This document shows positions 27,533-36,257 of a DNA stretch of 43,047 nucleotides, piece by piece. The stretch's first letter is position 1. Every line of letters starts with the position of its first letter. Origin of the DNA: a virus (Duplodnaviria > Caudoviricetes); IMG/VR virus record IMGVR_UViG_3300037420_000363, positions 1 through 43,047 of that record; one strand, 5' to 3'. The position numbers and the translations under genes were made by a program. Under the pieces are notes generated by a model. That model made no database searches. It saw only the letters and a list, made by a program, of their open reading frames with translations, and had not been told where the DNA came from.

Positions 27533-28011
27533 TGCCCCGCACCGTCGTTCAGATCAAGGGGAAGGCCGATCGCAATCTCATTGCGACTTGGGCCAACAAT
27601 GTTCCGGAGGGGACGACCGTGGAGTTTCGTGCTCCCCGCCGGAGCCTCGATCAGAACGCGCTCATGTGGTCTCTCCTCGGCCAGATCAGCAAGCAGGTTG
27701 ATTGGTACGGCCAGAAGCTGACCAGCGAGGATTGGAAGGACGTTCTGACGGCGTCGCTGCGACGAACGCGCGTCGTTCCTGGCATCGACGCTGGCACGTT
27801 CGTGCCCCTCGGCATGCGGACATCGCAGATGACCAAGGAAGAGATAAGCGACTTGCTTGAGCTGATTTACGCCTTTGGCGCCGAGCGCGGCGTGAAATTC
27901 AGAGAATTAGAGGACGTGCCGAGTGGGCTTCCCTGCCCCGCATTCGGCGCTAGTGGGGACGGCGCAGAGGTGATGCCTGCGTCGTCCCCGCGCAGGGAGT
28001 TCATAGCATGA
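27532..28011 (+). CDS. ninB: NinB/Orf-family recombination protein
   Basis: RSLDQNALMWSLL..ISKQVDWYGQKLTSEDWK...RTSQMT. Confidence 0.88.
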   Translation: MPRTVVQIKGKADRNLIATWANNVPEGTTVEFRAPRRSLDQNALMWSLLGQISKQVDWYGQKLTSEDWKDVLTASLRRTRVVPGIDAGTFVPLGMRTSQMTKEEISDLLELIYAFGAERGVKFRELEDVPSGLPCPAFGASGDGAEVMPASSPRREFIA

Positions 28012-28364
28012 GCCGCAGCATCGCAGAGTGGATCGGAAAGACCGACGACAGCGCGATCCCGGTCCGGGTCAAGCTTCGCGTTCACGCTAAGGCCGAAGGC
28101 CGATGCGCAAAGTGCGGTATCGAGGCTGCGGCCGGCCAATACGACCACGCCATTTCGCTGGTGCTTGGTGGCGAGAACAGAGAGAGCAATCTCCAGTTTC
28201 TGTGCGTGCCTTGTCACAAGGCAAAGACAAAGCTCGACGTGAAGCTGAAGGCGAAGGTTGCGCGCGTTCGCGCCCGCCATCTCGGCATCAAGCACCGTCG
28301 TCGCACGATACCAGGCAAGAAATTCGATGGCACGCCGATCCCGGCCCGATGGGTCGAGGGGTAA
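28008..28364 (+). CDS. HNH endonuclease
   Basis: CAKC...YDHAISLVLGGEN..SNLQFLCVPCH..KT. Confidence 0.88.
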   Translation: MSRSIAEWIGKTDDSAIPVRVKLRVHAKAEGRCAKCGIEAAAGQYDHAISLVLGGENRESNLQFLCVPCHKAKTKLDVKLKAKVARVRARHLGIKHRRRTIPGKKFDGTPIPARWVEG

Positions 28365-28402
28365 CCACTGCCGCTACGACACCATTTGAGGGGTTTTGAA
28401 AT

Positions 28403-29113
28403 TTGAGCCGAATTGAGACCATAGCCGAAGGCGTGACCCTCTACCTCGGGGATTGCCGGGAGATCCTGCCGACGCTGGGCAAGGTCGACGCTATTGTGAC
28501 CGACCCGCCATATGGGATCGGCGCCGCCAATGGCGCCGCGGGAGGCGGGACTGATGCGACCGGACGCTATAAGCGCAAGCCTCGCCAGTATGCCGGCTCG
28601 TGGGATGGCGAACGACCTGATGCGGCGACGTTCCAGGCTATCTTGGATGCCTCAAAGCATCAGATCATTTGGGGCGGAAACTACTTCGCTGACATGCTGC
28701 CGCAGTCCGGCCGCTGGCTATTCTGGGACAAGCTCAACTCCATGCCGACCTATTCGGACGGCGAGATGGCGTGGTCCTCCCTGTCCGGCGCCGCCGTGAA
28801 GAAATTCACGCGTTGCAATAACGGCCTCGCCTCGAATCGAGACGGCGATCGAGTCCACCCGACACAGAAGCCACGCGATGTCATGGAATGGTGCCTTGGC
28901 TTCCTTCCGGATGCCCGATTGGTCTGCGATCCCTTCATGGGGTCTGGGACAACCGGCGTTGCCGCCGTGCGGCTCGGCCTCCAGTTCATCGGGATTGAGT
29001 TGGACCCCAGTTATTTTGAAATCGCGTGCCAGCGCATCGCGGACGAGTTGAGCCGCCCCACTCTCTTTGTTGAGCCTCCCAAACCCGTCAAGCAGGAGGC
29101 ATTCGAGCTATGA
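28403..29113 (+). CDS. DNA N6-A/N4-C methyltransferase (beta class)
   Basis: TDPPYG, HPTQKP and DPFMGSGTT in beta order. Confidence 0.92.
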   Translation: MSRIETIAEGVTLYLGDCREILPTLGKVDAIVTDPPYGIGAANGAAGGGTDATGRYKRKPRQYAGSWDGERPDAATFQAILDASKHQIIWGGNYFADMLPQSGRWLFWDKLNSMPTYSDGEMAWSSLSGAAVKKFTRCNNGLASNRDGDRVHPTQKPRDVMEWCLGFLPDARLVCDPFMGSGTTGVAAVRLGLQFIGIELDPSYFEIACQRIADELSRPTLFVEPPKPVKQEAFEL

Positions 29114-29307
29114 CCTTCCATCGCTGGGTATTGTTTAGTTGGGTGCCTGACTATCTCCGCCTTGGATGGATGGCGTTACCAACCTTGGAAGGCACGGGGC
29201 ACGGGATCTATTCCGCTCATTGCGTTTGGCTTTGCCAATGCAAAATGGTTGAGCCCGACATTTTGACCCCTTCCACGCTCTCATCGCCTCACGGAGGATC
29301 ACTATGA
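29110..29307 (+). CDS. Hypothetical protein
   Basis: ATGA-coupled small ORF. Confidence 0.5.
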   Translation: MTFHRWVLFSWVPDYLRLGWMALPTLEGTGHGIYSAHCVWLCQCKMVEPDILTPSTLSSPHGGSL

Positions 29308-29624
29308 CGTTTCGAGTTGGGCAGAAGGTCGTGTGCATCAAGGGGCCACGCCGCCACCGCGACTTGACCCAGCCTAAGATCGGCGAGGTCTACACCATTC
29401 GCTTGATCTATCCGTCTTCATTTACCGGAGAGCCGGGCTTTTTGTTGGAGGAGATCGTCAACGGTCTTCATCCCAATGGCCGTGAATACGGCTTCTACGC
29501 CGATCGCTTCCGCCCCGTCATCGAGCGCAAGACCGACATCAGCTTCGCCCACGAGATCCTGCGCAAGGCCAGCAAGCCCGCGAGGGCTCCGGCGGTCACC
29601 TCTCCGCAATGGGTATCTCCATGA
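29304..29624 (+). CDS. Hypothetical protein (SH3-like)
   Basis: MTFRVGQKVVCI...GEVYTIR...RFRPV. Confidence 0.6.
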   Translation: MTFRVGQKVVCIKGPRRHRDLTQPKIGEVYTIRLIYPSSFTGEPGFLLEEIVNGLHPNGREYGFYADRFRPVIERKTDISFAHEILRKASKPARAPAVTSPQWVSP

Positions 29625-29815
29625 TCGGCCGCTTCATCTTGCATTGCGACACTGAATATTTCGACCTCGCGAAAGAGGCCGTGGAATTCCTGATGGAGAA
29701 CCCACAGCACCGCGAGACGATGTATTCGCAGACCGATGGAAGCGGCGGCATCGACGTGCAGGTCTTTGCCAAGCGCCTGAAGGGCAGCATCACCGTTCGT
29801 CAGGTGCGGCCATGA
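29621..29815 (+). CDS. Hypothetical protein
   Basis: ATGA-coupled. Confidence 0.5.
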   Translation: MIGRFILHCDTEYFDLAKEAVEFLMENPQHRETMYSQTDGSGGIDVQVFAKRLKGSITVRQVRP

Positions 29816-29903
29816 AGATCCTCGCCGCCCTCTTCCTCATCCTGGCGCTTGCCCTCGCCAACATGGCAGGCCCGGCACATGGCCCAATCGGAGACTTGCT
29901 GCG

Positions 29904-30173
29904 ATGACTGAAGATCTGAAGCCCTCTGTGCAGATTGCCGGAAGGGATAACCGCGGCCGTCCACGCCAAGAACTCGCCGACAAGATTGCGGCGTTTGACG
30001 ATAAGGCATTCTTCGAGTTCACCGAGAAGACAATCTGGCTGTCGGCATACGCGAACAACAATCCGCGCTCCGATTTTCATTGGCAGGCGGACGCTTGCTA
30101 TTCGGAAGCTGAGCGGCGCGGGAAGCCAGAGATCTACAAGAAGGCTTGGGAAAAAGCAGCGAGGACAGCATGA
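29904..30173 (+). CDS. Hypothetical protein
   Basis: GGAG RBS; IWLSAYANNNPRSDFHWQADACY. Confidence 0.6.
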   Translation: MTEDLKPSVQIAGRDNRGRPRQELADKIAAFDDKAFFEFTEKTIWLSAYANNNPRSDFHWQADACYSEAERRGKPEIYKKAWEKAARTA

Positions 30174-31084
30174 CCGAGGTCAACCACACATCCGCTGCCA
30201 CCGTGGATAGGGCAGAACTTGCCAAGCGCGTCGAAACGACGCCTGTAGACGGCAAATTTGGAACGAGACTATTTGCGATGAGCGACGCCGAGCGCGATCT
30301 TGTCGTGCGTCTGCTCCGGTCTGGCGATGCTGCCCAAGCAGGGCGAGACCCCAAGCGCGAGTGGATATCGCCCGTTAAAACGGTGGGAGATCTGGTCAAT
30401 AACTTACTTGGCCTTGACCAAAACAATGAGATTTACGGCGCCTATCACCTTGATTTAGGTGACCGCAAGGAGTGCAAAACGCGCGGGCTCTCTCTATCTC
30501 GCGAGCGAGTTCTGCATAACGGCAAGATCGACGATAAAGACCCGAATTGGGCTTTGACGGGGTATAGCACCGTAATTTGGTCGGCTCCTGATCCGCGCTG
30601 GGATTGTGGGGTTACCCTCCAAGCTAAGCGGCCTGGGATCGACCGCTGGTTCGACGTGAACCCGGATGAAGTCGAACTACTTTGCAATGATGGGTGTTTC
30701 ATCCGCGCTCTCGCCGCCCAACCGCTGGCCGCTCCGGCAACGAAATCAGCCCCGGCCCGTTACACGCCTCAGAACTACGCTGAGCGTCCGCCAAGCAGTG
30801 ATGCCGCGGAAGTCGGGGCTGGTACCCGGTGCTCTGCCGCCACCGCCAAACCTGACATCGAGGCTCGAATTGCGGTCCTCTTCGATGCCCTGAAAAGCAT
30901 CTCTAAGAATACATGCTGCGATAATTGCAGGGAGGCGGCTAACGTCGCCAGATCGGCCCTTGCTGCCTACGTCGGCTTAGCAAGGGAGAGCGCTCTCCAA
31001 TCGCTCGCCGACATCGACCGAGATCTGATCGGCCACGACGAGACGATGGCAAATCTCAATGCTCTGACAATCAGACGCCCATGA
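30170..31084 (+). CDS. Mosaic hypothetical protein
   Basis: 304 aa; domains joined by low-complexity linkers; CCDNC motif. Confidence 0.55.
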   Translation: MTEVNHTSAATVDRAELAKRVETTPVDGKFGTRLFAMSDAERDLVVRLLRSGDAAQAGRDPKREWISPVKTVGDLVNNLLGLDQNNEIYGAYHLDLGDRKECKTRGLSLSRERVLHNGKIDDKDPNWALTGYSTVIWSAPDPRWDCGVTLQAKRPGIDRWFDVNPDEVELLCNDGCFIRALAAQPLAAPATKSAPARYTPQNYAERPPSSDAAEVGAGTRCSAATAKPDIEARIAVLFDALKSISKNTCCDNCREAANVARSALAAYVGLARESALQSLADIDRDLIGHDETMANLNALTIRRP

Positions 31085-31350
31085 AATTTTGCCCTCGCTG
31101 CGGCCTTCAAGGCGGCCACGATAGGATGTGTCAAATGGCAAGCACGTTTGGAGATACCGAAGCAGACCGAGAAGAAAAGGCGGAAGCTCAGCGCCTCCAC
31201 ATGCAACTTTCTGCCGGCACGGCGAAGCCAACAAAGCTTGTTTACGTGAAGCGCTGGCGAACGCTGGTCGAATTGCCGGAGAAATACGCCGACGAGATCG
31301 TGCAGGCACTCCGCGATGAACCGCAGACAGCGCCAAAGCCGGGGCGGTGA
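31081..31350 (+). CDS. Hypothetical protein (CPRC Zn motif)
   Basis: ATGA-coupled. Confidence 0.5.
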   Translation: MKFCPRCGLQGGHDRMCQMASTFGDTEADREEKAEAQRLHMQLSAGTAKPTKLVYVKRWRTLVELPEKYADEIVQALRDEPQTAPKPGR

Positions 31351-31712
31351 TGGGCATCACTTACGGCGATTACCTGATCGATAGCGGCTACTACGACCCG
31401 GAGGAAGAACCTATGCCATTTGACGCCAAGGATTTCGATGAACGAATGGAGCGGGCCGAGAAGCGTGGAGCCGCGTGCCAGACACTGGCAAATGCCAAGG
31501 AATCTATCGTTGCCGCAAGCATTGGGGCCTGCGATTGCCACACCAAGACGAACAATCCTGCCTATCACATGGCCTATTGTCGGTGGCTCAAGTTGATCAC
31601 CGCGCTTGATCAACTGGACGATGTCGCGCGGTATCTGAACGACTCGATTGTCGAGCCCGCCCCCTCCGCATCCCCGCTCTCGCGCCCTCACCAAGCAACG
31701 GGTGAAGCATGA
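31347..31712 (+). CDS. Hypothetical protein
   Basis: CDCHTKT....H...C motif; coupled to neighbours. Confidence 0.5.
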   Translation: MMGITYGDYLIDSGYYDPEEEPMPFDAKDFDERMERAEKRGAACQTLANAKESIVAASIGACDCHTKTNNPAYHMAYCRWLKLITALDQLDDVARYLNDSIVEPAPSASPLSRPHQATGEA

Positions 31713-32221
31713 GCGAGCTACCGCCCGTGCTGGACGCCGCATGCGGCCCCAGAGCAATGTGGTTCAACCGCAAGGATTCCCGCTGTCTCTTCATTGATAG
31801 GCGCCGAGAGACGCATGAGATGCGGCATAATAGTTCTCCGCGCTCGCCAATCACTATTGACCCCGATCAGCTTTGCGACTTCACGGCCTTGCCGTTCGAT
31901 GACAACTCCTTCGGGCTTGTCGTTCTCGACCCCCCACACGTCATCCGGGATGAGGCGCGAGGGAACGTGACAAGATTTTACGGCGTCTTGAATGGCGATT
32001 GGAAATCAATGCTGCGGCAAGGATTCTCCGAATGCTTTCGCGTCCTCGCTCCCGGCGGGGTTCTCATTTTCAAGTGGACGGAAACGCAAATTCCTCTGCG
32101 AGAGATACTCGCGCTGACGCCAGAAAAGCCGCTCTTCGGGCATAAGTCAGGCGCGAAAGCCCGCACTCACTGGTGCACGTTTATGAAAGATGGGTGGATT
32201 GCTCGCCCAGAAGGTCAGTGA
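31709..32221 (+). CDS. SAM-dependent methyltransferase (probable DNA MTase, DPPH type)
   Basis: VLDAACGPRAMWF, LDPPH, FSECFRVL.PGGVLIFKW.E. Confidence 0.85.
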   Translation: MSELPPVLDAACGPRAMWFNRKDSRCLFIDRRRETHEMRHNSSPRSPITIDPDQLCDFTALPFDDNSFGLVVLDPPHVIRDEARGNVTRFYGVLNGDWKSMLRQGFSECFRVLAPGGVLIFKWTETQIPLREILALTPEKPLFGHKSGAKARTHWCTFMKDGWIARPEGQ

Positions 32222-32222
32222 C

Positions 32223-32801
32223 ATGACAATCGTTTGCAGCCGATGCGATGGCAACCATATGCGGTCTGAGTGCCCTGAGGACGACTGGATCACTAAGGGT
32301 GCAGATACATCGTGGGCGGCGCTAATGGCCACCAAGGAAGCCTATCGCAAGCAAGCGCATGACTTGGCTGCCGAGAATGCCGAGCTCAAAGCCCAAGTAG
32401 ATCAGGAAATCAAAAACTGGAAGGCTCGGAACAGATCCGCTTGTGAGGCTGAGCAGGAAGTTGTTCGGCTCAAGGAGCTTTTGGCTGAGCGCGATCCGGA
32501 GTCTGGGCCATGGTTTAGGCGAGACGAGTTCGCTCGCGATGTGATTGAGATCGTCTATGGCGTGCTGAAGGACGACAGCTACTCCTATGGCGAACGCTGC
32601 GAAATAGCGATGGATTCGATCCTGAAGTCCGGGCTTGCGCCCCCTTCGCATTCGCCACAATCCGTTCTGTCAAGCCAGAACGTCGGGAAAGACATTTCCA
32701 AAGAAGGGCAATCTCTTTCCAAAAATCATGAACGAACCGCGGACGAACACCGAACGGGTGCGGTGGTGACTTCGCAGATGCATCAGACCCAGGGGGAATA
32801 G
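32223..32801 (+). CDS. Hypothetical coiled-coil protein
   Basis: CSRC...H..C N-terminus plus coiled coil. Confidence 0.5.
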   Translation: MTIVCSRCDGNHMRSECPEDDWITKGADTSWAALMATKEAYRKQAHDLAAENAELKAQVDQEIKNWKARNRSACEAEQEVVRLKELLAERDPESGPWFRRDEFARDVIEIVYGVLKDDSYSYGERCEIAMDSILKSGLAPPSHSPQSVLSSQNVGKDISKEGQSLSKNHERTADEHRTGAVVTSQMHQTQGE

Positions 32802-33080
32802 ATGGACGAGGTCAAGCCGCCACGACGCCGTGTCGTGTTCATCGCGAAGATCGAAGCCGACGACTGGAACAGGCTCAGCGACGAGCTCGCCCACATGTCC
32901 CGCGAAGTCGATCGGGGGCAACTGCGCAGCACTTCAATATCTGGCGGCTATTCCTGCGGTCACATCGTGGTCGCCTCAGAAGACGGCTCCATGGATCACG
33001 ACCGGTGGTTCAAAGAACTGAACGCCTATCTTGAGACCCAGCGCACTCCCCAGGACAGCACCGGAGCCTCCAATGACTGA
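32802..33080 (+). CDS. Hypothetical protein
   Basis: GGGGG RBS; SISGGYSCG motif. Confidence 0.55.
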   Translation: MDEVKPPRRRVVFIAKIEADDWNRLSDELAHMSREVDRGQLRSTSISGGYSCGHIVVASEDGSMDHDRWFKELNAYLETQRTPQDSTGASND

Positions 33081-33414
33081 GCGCACGCCGACGCCGTGGA
33101 CAATTGGGGGCGATGATTGGAAGCCGTGGACAGGCGCGATCTCAATCATCGGCGCCGATTACGTGACCGTCTGCTGGACTACATCCGGTGGCAATATCCC
33201 GGCGCTGGCCAACGCCGTCTACATCGTCAAGGCCTGCAACGCCTTCCCGGATCTGGTGAAGGCGCTAGAGGATACGCTGTGCGAGCTGTCGCATTGCGCC
33301 ACCCAACTGGCGGCACGTGGTCTGCCAGGTCGCGAGGGAGACAGCGTTTCCCGCGCTCTAGAAGCCGCGCGCCGGGTGCTCCGTGATGTGAAAGGAGCGC
33401 CGGACCATGGCTGA
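33073..33414 (+). CDS. Hypothetical phage protein (TPTPW...NA.YIVKACNA..DLVKALE family)
   Basis: Motif pattern common in phage early regions. Confidence 0.6.
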   Translation: MTERTPTPWTIGGDDWKPWTGAISIIGADYVTVCWTTSGGNIPALANAVYIVKACNAFPDLVKALEDTLCELSHCATQLAARGLPGREGDSVSRALEAARRVLRDVKGAPDHG

Positions 33415-33628
33415 TCCAATAGAGATACTGGCGCGCGAAAATGACGCTGAGATGGTCCGTCTCACTGGAATCATTTTCGATTTGCTGAACGCGCTCAAGT
33501 CGATTGCCGCCAGAGCAAGGTTTGAGTTGGATCATCCGACCGAGATGCGCGACACGGCGTTTTCATTGATCGAAAAGGAGGCCCGCGATGCCATCCTCGG
33601 TCGTGTGGGAACAGGGAAGGAGCCATGA
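33407..33628 (+). CDS. Hypothetical protein
   Basis: AGGAG RBS; coupled to neighbours. Confidence 0.5.
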   Translation: MADPIEILARENDAEMVRLTGIIFDLLNALKSIAARARFELDHPTEMRDTAFSLIEKEARDAILGRVGTGKEP

Positions 33629-33831
33629 GCAAAGACGAAGAGTATTTCACCGTCGTCTTTATGGGCAACGTCAAAAAGCTTGAGGGGAATCCCTTCTGGT
33701 TTGAGTCCGATTTTGGCGTCCCTATTTCGATTGCGGCCGGACACGCCCTGGAAGAGCTGGACGAGTTGAGGGACGCGCAGCCTCCGGCACACCACGAAAC
33801 ACCTGAAACGAAAGGGGCAAGTCAGTCATGA
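33625..33831 (+). CDS. Hypothetical protein
   Basis: AAGGAG RBS; ATGA overlaps. Confidence 0.5.
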   Translation: MSKDEEYFTVVFMGNVKKLEGNPFWFESDFGVPISIAAGHALEELDELRDAQPPAHHETPETKGASQS

Positions 33832-34205
33832 ATCGAATGCTCACACTTGCTCAGGCGGCGGCCGAGCTTGGTGTGTCCAAGCGCTGGTTTCAGTATTGGC
33901 TTGCCGAGAACCCGGTGGATAGCGCCGGTCTGCCGTTCTATGTTCCGATCGGTCGGAATAAACGTTTCGAGGTCGCCGACATCGGCCGGATCAAAGCTGC
34001 AATCCGCGAGGGGGAACGATGCCGCTTAAGCTCTATCGGCGTAAAGGGATCTACTATTGCCGCGGCACAATTGGCCCGACTGGTAAGCGACGTCGTTATA
34101 ACGTCTCGCTCCACACCACGGACAAAGACACCGCGGCGCGCCAGGTTGCCGAAATCGAGTCCGGCCACTGGAAAGGTCATTTCGATGGACCAGAGGCAAT
34201 CCTGA
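33828..34205 (+). CDS. xis: Excisionase-like winged-HTH protein
   Basis: MLTLAQAAAELGVSKRW...IGRNKRF; immediately before and overlapping the integrase. Confidence 0.7.
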   Translation: MNRMLTLAQAAAELGVSKRWFQYWLAENPVDSAGLPFYVPIGRNKRFEVADIGRIKAAIREGERCRLSSIGVKGSTIAAAQLARLVSDVVITSRSTPRTKTPRRARLPKSSPATGKVISMDQRQS

Positions 34206-35059
34206 CGTTCGCCCGTGCGGCTCAGATTTACCGGGCTGCCGGCAAGTCGGCGACGTTTCTTGAGCCGATTGAGAAGTACCTGGGCGCGACGCTGGTCAAG
34301 GACATCACCGAGGGATCGGTTCAACTGATGGCGAAAGACCTCTACCCGAATGTGAGCAACGCCAGCCTCAACCGGCTGGTGATCGTGCCCACAATCGCCG
34401 TCATCAACCATGCGGCGCGGTCGAAGCTTTGCTCCCGGCTGACGGTCCAGCGGTACGAGGAAGACGCCAAGGTCAAGGAACCGGCCACGCTCGAGTGGGT
34501 CACGAAGTTCCGGGCGGCAGCCAAGCCGCACCTCGGCGCCATGGTCCTGTTCATGTATCTGACGGGCGCCCGCCCCGGCGAGGCTATTGCGGTGCGATGG
34601 GATGACATCGACCTGGAGAAGCGGACGGTCCTGATCCGAGAGACCAAGCTGAGCAAGGAGCGCGTCGCGCACCTGCCTGCCGCCCTGGTCGTCGTGCTGG
34701 CGAACCTGCGCCGGTTCGATGGCCGCGGCGTGTTCATCTATGGGCGCCTGAGCTCGCTCAAGGACGCCTGGAAGACCGCCTGCAAGAAGGCAGGGATCAA
34801 GGTGCTGACGCCCCACTGCTGCCGCCACGGCTTCGCTACGGGCCTCCTGCGGCGCGGGGTGGACGTGGTGACAGTCGCATGGCTTGGCGGCTGGGCGGAC
34901 GCCGGACAGGTGCTGAAGACCTATGGGCACGCGATCAAGAACCCGAAACTGACGGATTTGCTCGCCGGGCCGGAGCTGCCGCACTACGCTGAAATTGATG
35001 CACAGAGTGCGCAGTCACGACCGGCAAAGGAAGAAAAGGCAATCACCGCAACGGCTTAG
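34019..35059 (+). CDS. int: Tyrosine integrase
   Basis: TGARPGE (R), TK (K), HCCRHGFAT (HxxR), LGGW, Y in LKTYGH. Confidence 0.92.
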   Translation: MPLKLYRRKGIYYCRGTIGPTGKRRRYNVSLHTTDKDTAARQVAEIESGHWKGHFDGPEAILTFARAAQIYRAAGKSATFLEPIEKYLGATLVKDITEGSVQLMAKDLYPNVSNASLNRLVIVPTIAVINHAARSKLCSRLTVQRYEEDAKVKEPATLEWVTKFRAAAKPHLGAMVLFMYLTGARPGEAIAVRWDDIDLEKRTVLIRETKLSKERVAHLPAALVVVLANLRRFDGRGVFIYGRLSSLKDAWKTACKKAGIKVLTPHCCRHGFATGLLRRGVDVVTVAWLGGWADAGQVLKTYGHAIKNPKLTDLLAGPELPHYAEIDAQSAQSRPAKEEKAITATA

Positions 35060-35220
35060 AGGAATTAGCGATATCCTTGGGCAGGAAAGCGCGAAACCAG
35101 CTAAGCACGGAAATTTCCCTTTAATTCAAGGAGCTAAGACATGACAGATTTACGACAGGGTGCAAGTGAATGCATGAACGATGAGCGAACATGCACACAA
35201 AGTGGTGCAAAACTGACGCA
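34946..35220. other. Probable attP region with arm-type repeats
   Basis: AAACTGACGGA at 34946, AAATTGATGCA at 34992 and AAACTGACGCA at 35210 flank an AT-richer segment after the int stop; core not identified. Confidence 0.5.
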
Positions 35221-35446
35221 CTCTTGTTCCGGGGATGTTCATGGCTGGACCGCCGCCCGCGCCGCCCTGATCCTCAAGCGCGAGGCGGTCGGCGCTGACA
35301 CTCCGACCGGCCTCAACATCTCGACGCTGGTCGAGCAGATCGAGCGCCGCCCGACCTACGTCCGCCCCGAGTGGGCCAAGGACCGCCGGCAGACGCTCGA
35401 CTACCAGATCGAGAAGTCGCTGGCGCGCCTTGCTGGTGGGATGTGA
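35141..35446 (+). CDS. Hypothetical protein
   Basis: AGGAG RBS; C-terminal half has phage-like codon use; start uncertain. Confidence 0.5.
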   Translation: MTDLRQGASECMNDERTCTQSGAKLTHSCSGDVHGWTAARAALILKREAVGADTPTGLNISTLVEQIERRPTYVRPEWAKDRRQTLDYQIEKSLARLAGGM

Positions 35447-35585
35447 GGAATGAGGAAGTCCCCGAATGCCTGTGCACGGGCACCGGGCGCCGGCTAGACG
35501 GCGAAACATTCTGATCTAGCAGAGGCGATCCCTAAGCTCTTCGGAGGCTAGGCAGTAACCGCAGCGGGTGAAAGCCCCGCACACC
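35441..35585 (+). ncRNA. Candidate structured RNA with four hairpins and a T-loop-like 3' hairpin
   Basis: Hairpins at 35461-35487, 35493-35520, 35531-35552 (UUCG) and 35564-35580 (GCGGG-UGAAAGC-CCCGC); intergenic. Confidence 0.5.
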
Positions 35586-35606
35586 GACGAGGACAGTGAG
35601 GTAGCC

Positions 35607-35831
35607 ATGAGCAGACCAGCCAACGCCGACATGATCGAAGGTTTCCAAGATGGATACGATCTAACCGCGCCGGAGCCATCCGCCAATCGCTCGGCAAGCT
35701 ACCGCCATGGCTTCATGTGCGGCCGGATCGACAAAGGTCAAACCGTCTGGACAGGCACAGCCGACGATCTGCGAAAGCTGGCTGATGAAGCTATGCAGGC
35801 CGACGCCGTCCAACAGACACCGGGAGCGTGA
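35607..35831 (+). CDS. Hypothetical protein
   Basis: GAGG RBS; EGFQDG...PEPSANRSASYRHGF. Confidence 0.65.
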   Translation: MSRPANADMIEGFQDGYDLTAPEPSANRSASYRHGFMCGRIDKGQTVWTGTADDLRKLADEAMQADAVQQTPGA

Positions 35832-35850
35832 CGTGAATGCAAGTTTTAAA

Positions 35851-36006
35851 ATGGACCCGGTCGAAACCGTGATCGCTCGTTGGCATGAAGCTTATGTCTC
35901 TTTTGATCGAGGCAAGATGTGGTTCGCCATTGGCGGCGGTCAATCTCCTATCCAAGCCCAGGAGATTATCGAATGGTATCGGATCAAGTACATGGGTCAG
36001 CGGTGA
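35851..36006 (+). CDS. Hypothetical protein
   Basis: 51 aa; fills a gap in the co-oriented cargo array. Confidence 0.4.
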   Translation: MDPVETVIARWHEAYVSFDRGKMWFAIGGGQSPIQAQEIIEWYRIKYMGQR

Positions 36007-36043
36007 GGCGGAGCAACCGCCAAAACACAACAGGAGAATGACA

Positions 36044-36230
36044 ATGACGGATAAAGAACTGCTTTCGATCTGCATGACGGCCTTCGAGGCTATGCCAATC
36101 GCAGCGAAGTCCCGCAAGGTACTCAAGAAGCTCGACCGCGAGCCCGCAGCGTATGCAGGCAACGGGGAGCCACATCCTGGCTGAGACCATGGCTCAGATG
36201 ATCGGCGAGCACCTGAAGGGCGGGCTCTAG
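36044..36230 (+). pseudogene. Small gene probably frameshifted at a G4 run
   Basis: AGGAG RBS; removing one G at 36164-36167 extends the frame to the TAG at 36230. Confidence 0.35.
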
Positions 36231-36257
36231 CGGTGCGGCGGGGCAAGTGAGGAGCAC

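Noticed and set aside
35070-35090. CCTTGGGCAGG as a tRNA anticodon-loop att core
   Set aside because: Too short and not assignable to a tRNA without a host genome search.
35493-35520. Hammerhead ribozyme (CGAAAC ... CTGA)
   Set aside because: Only 3 nt separate the motifs and CTGATGA is incomplete, so stems I and III cannot form.
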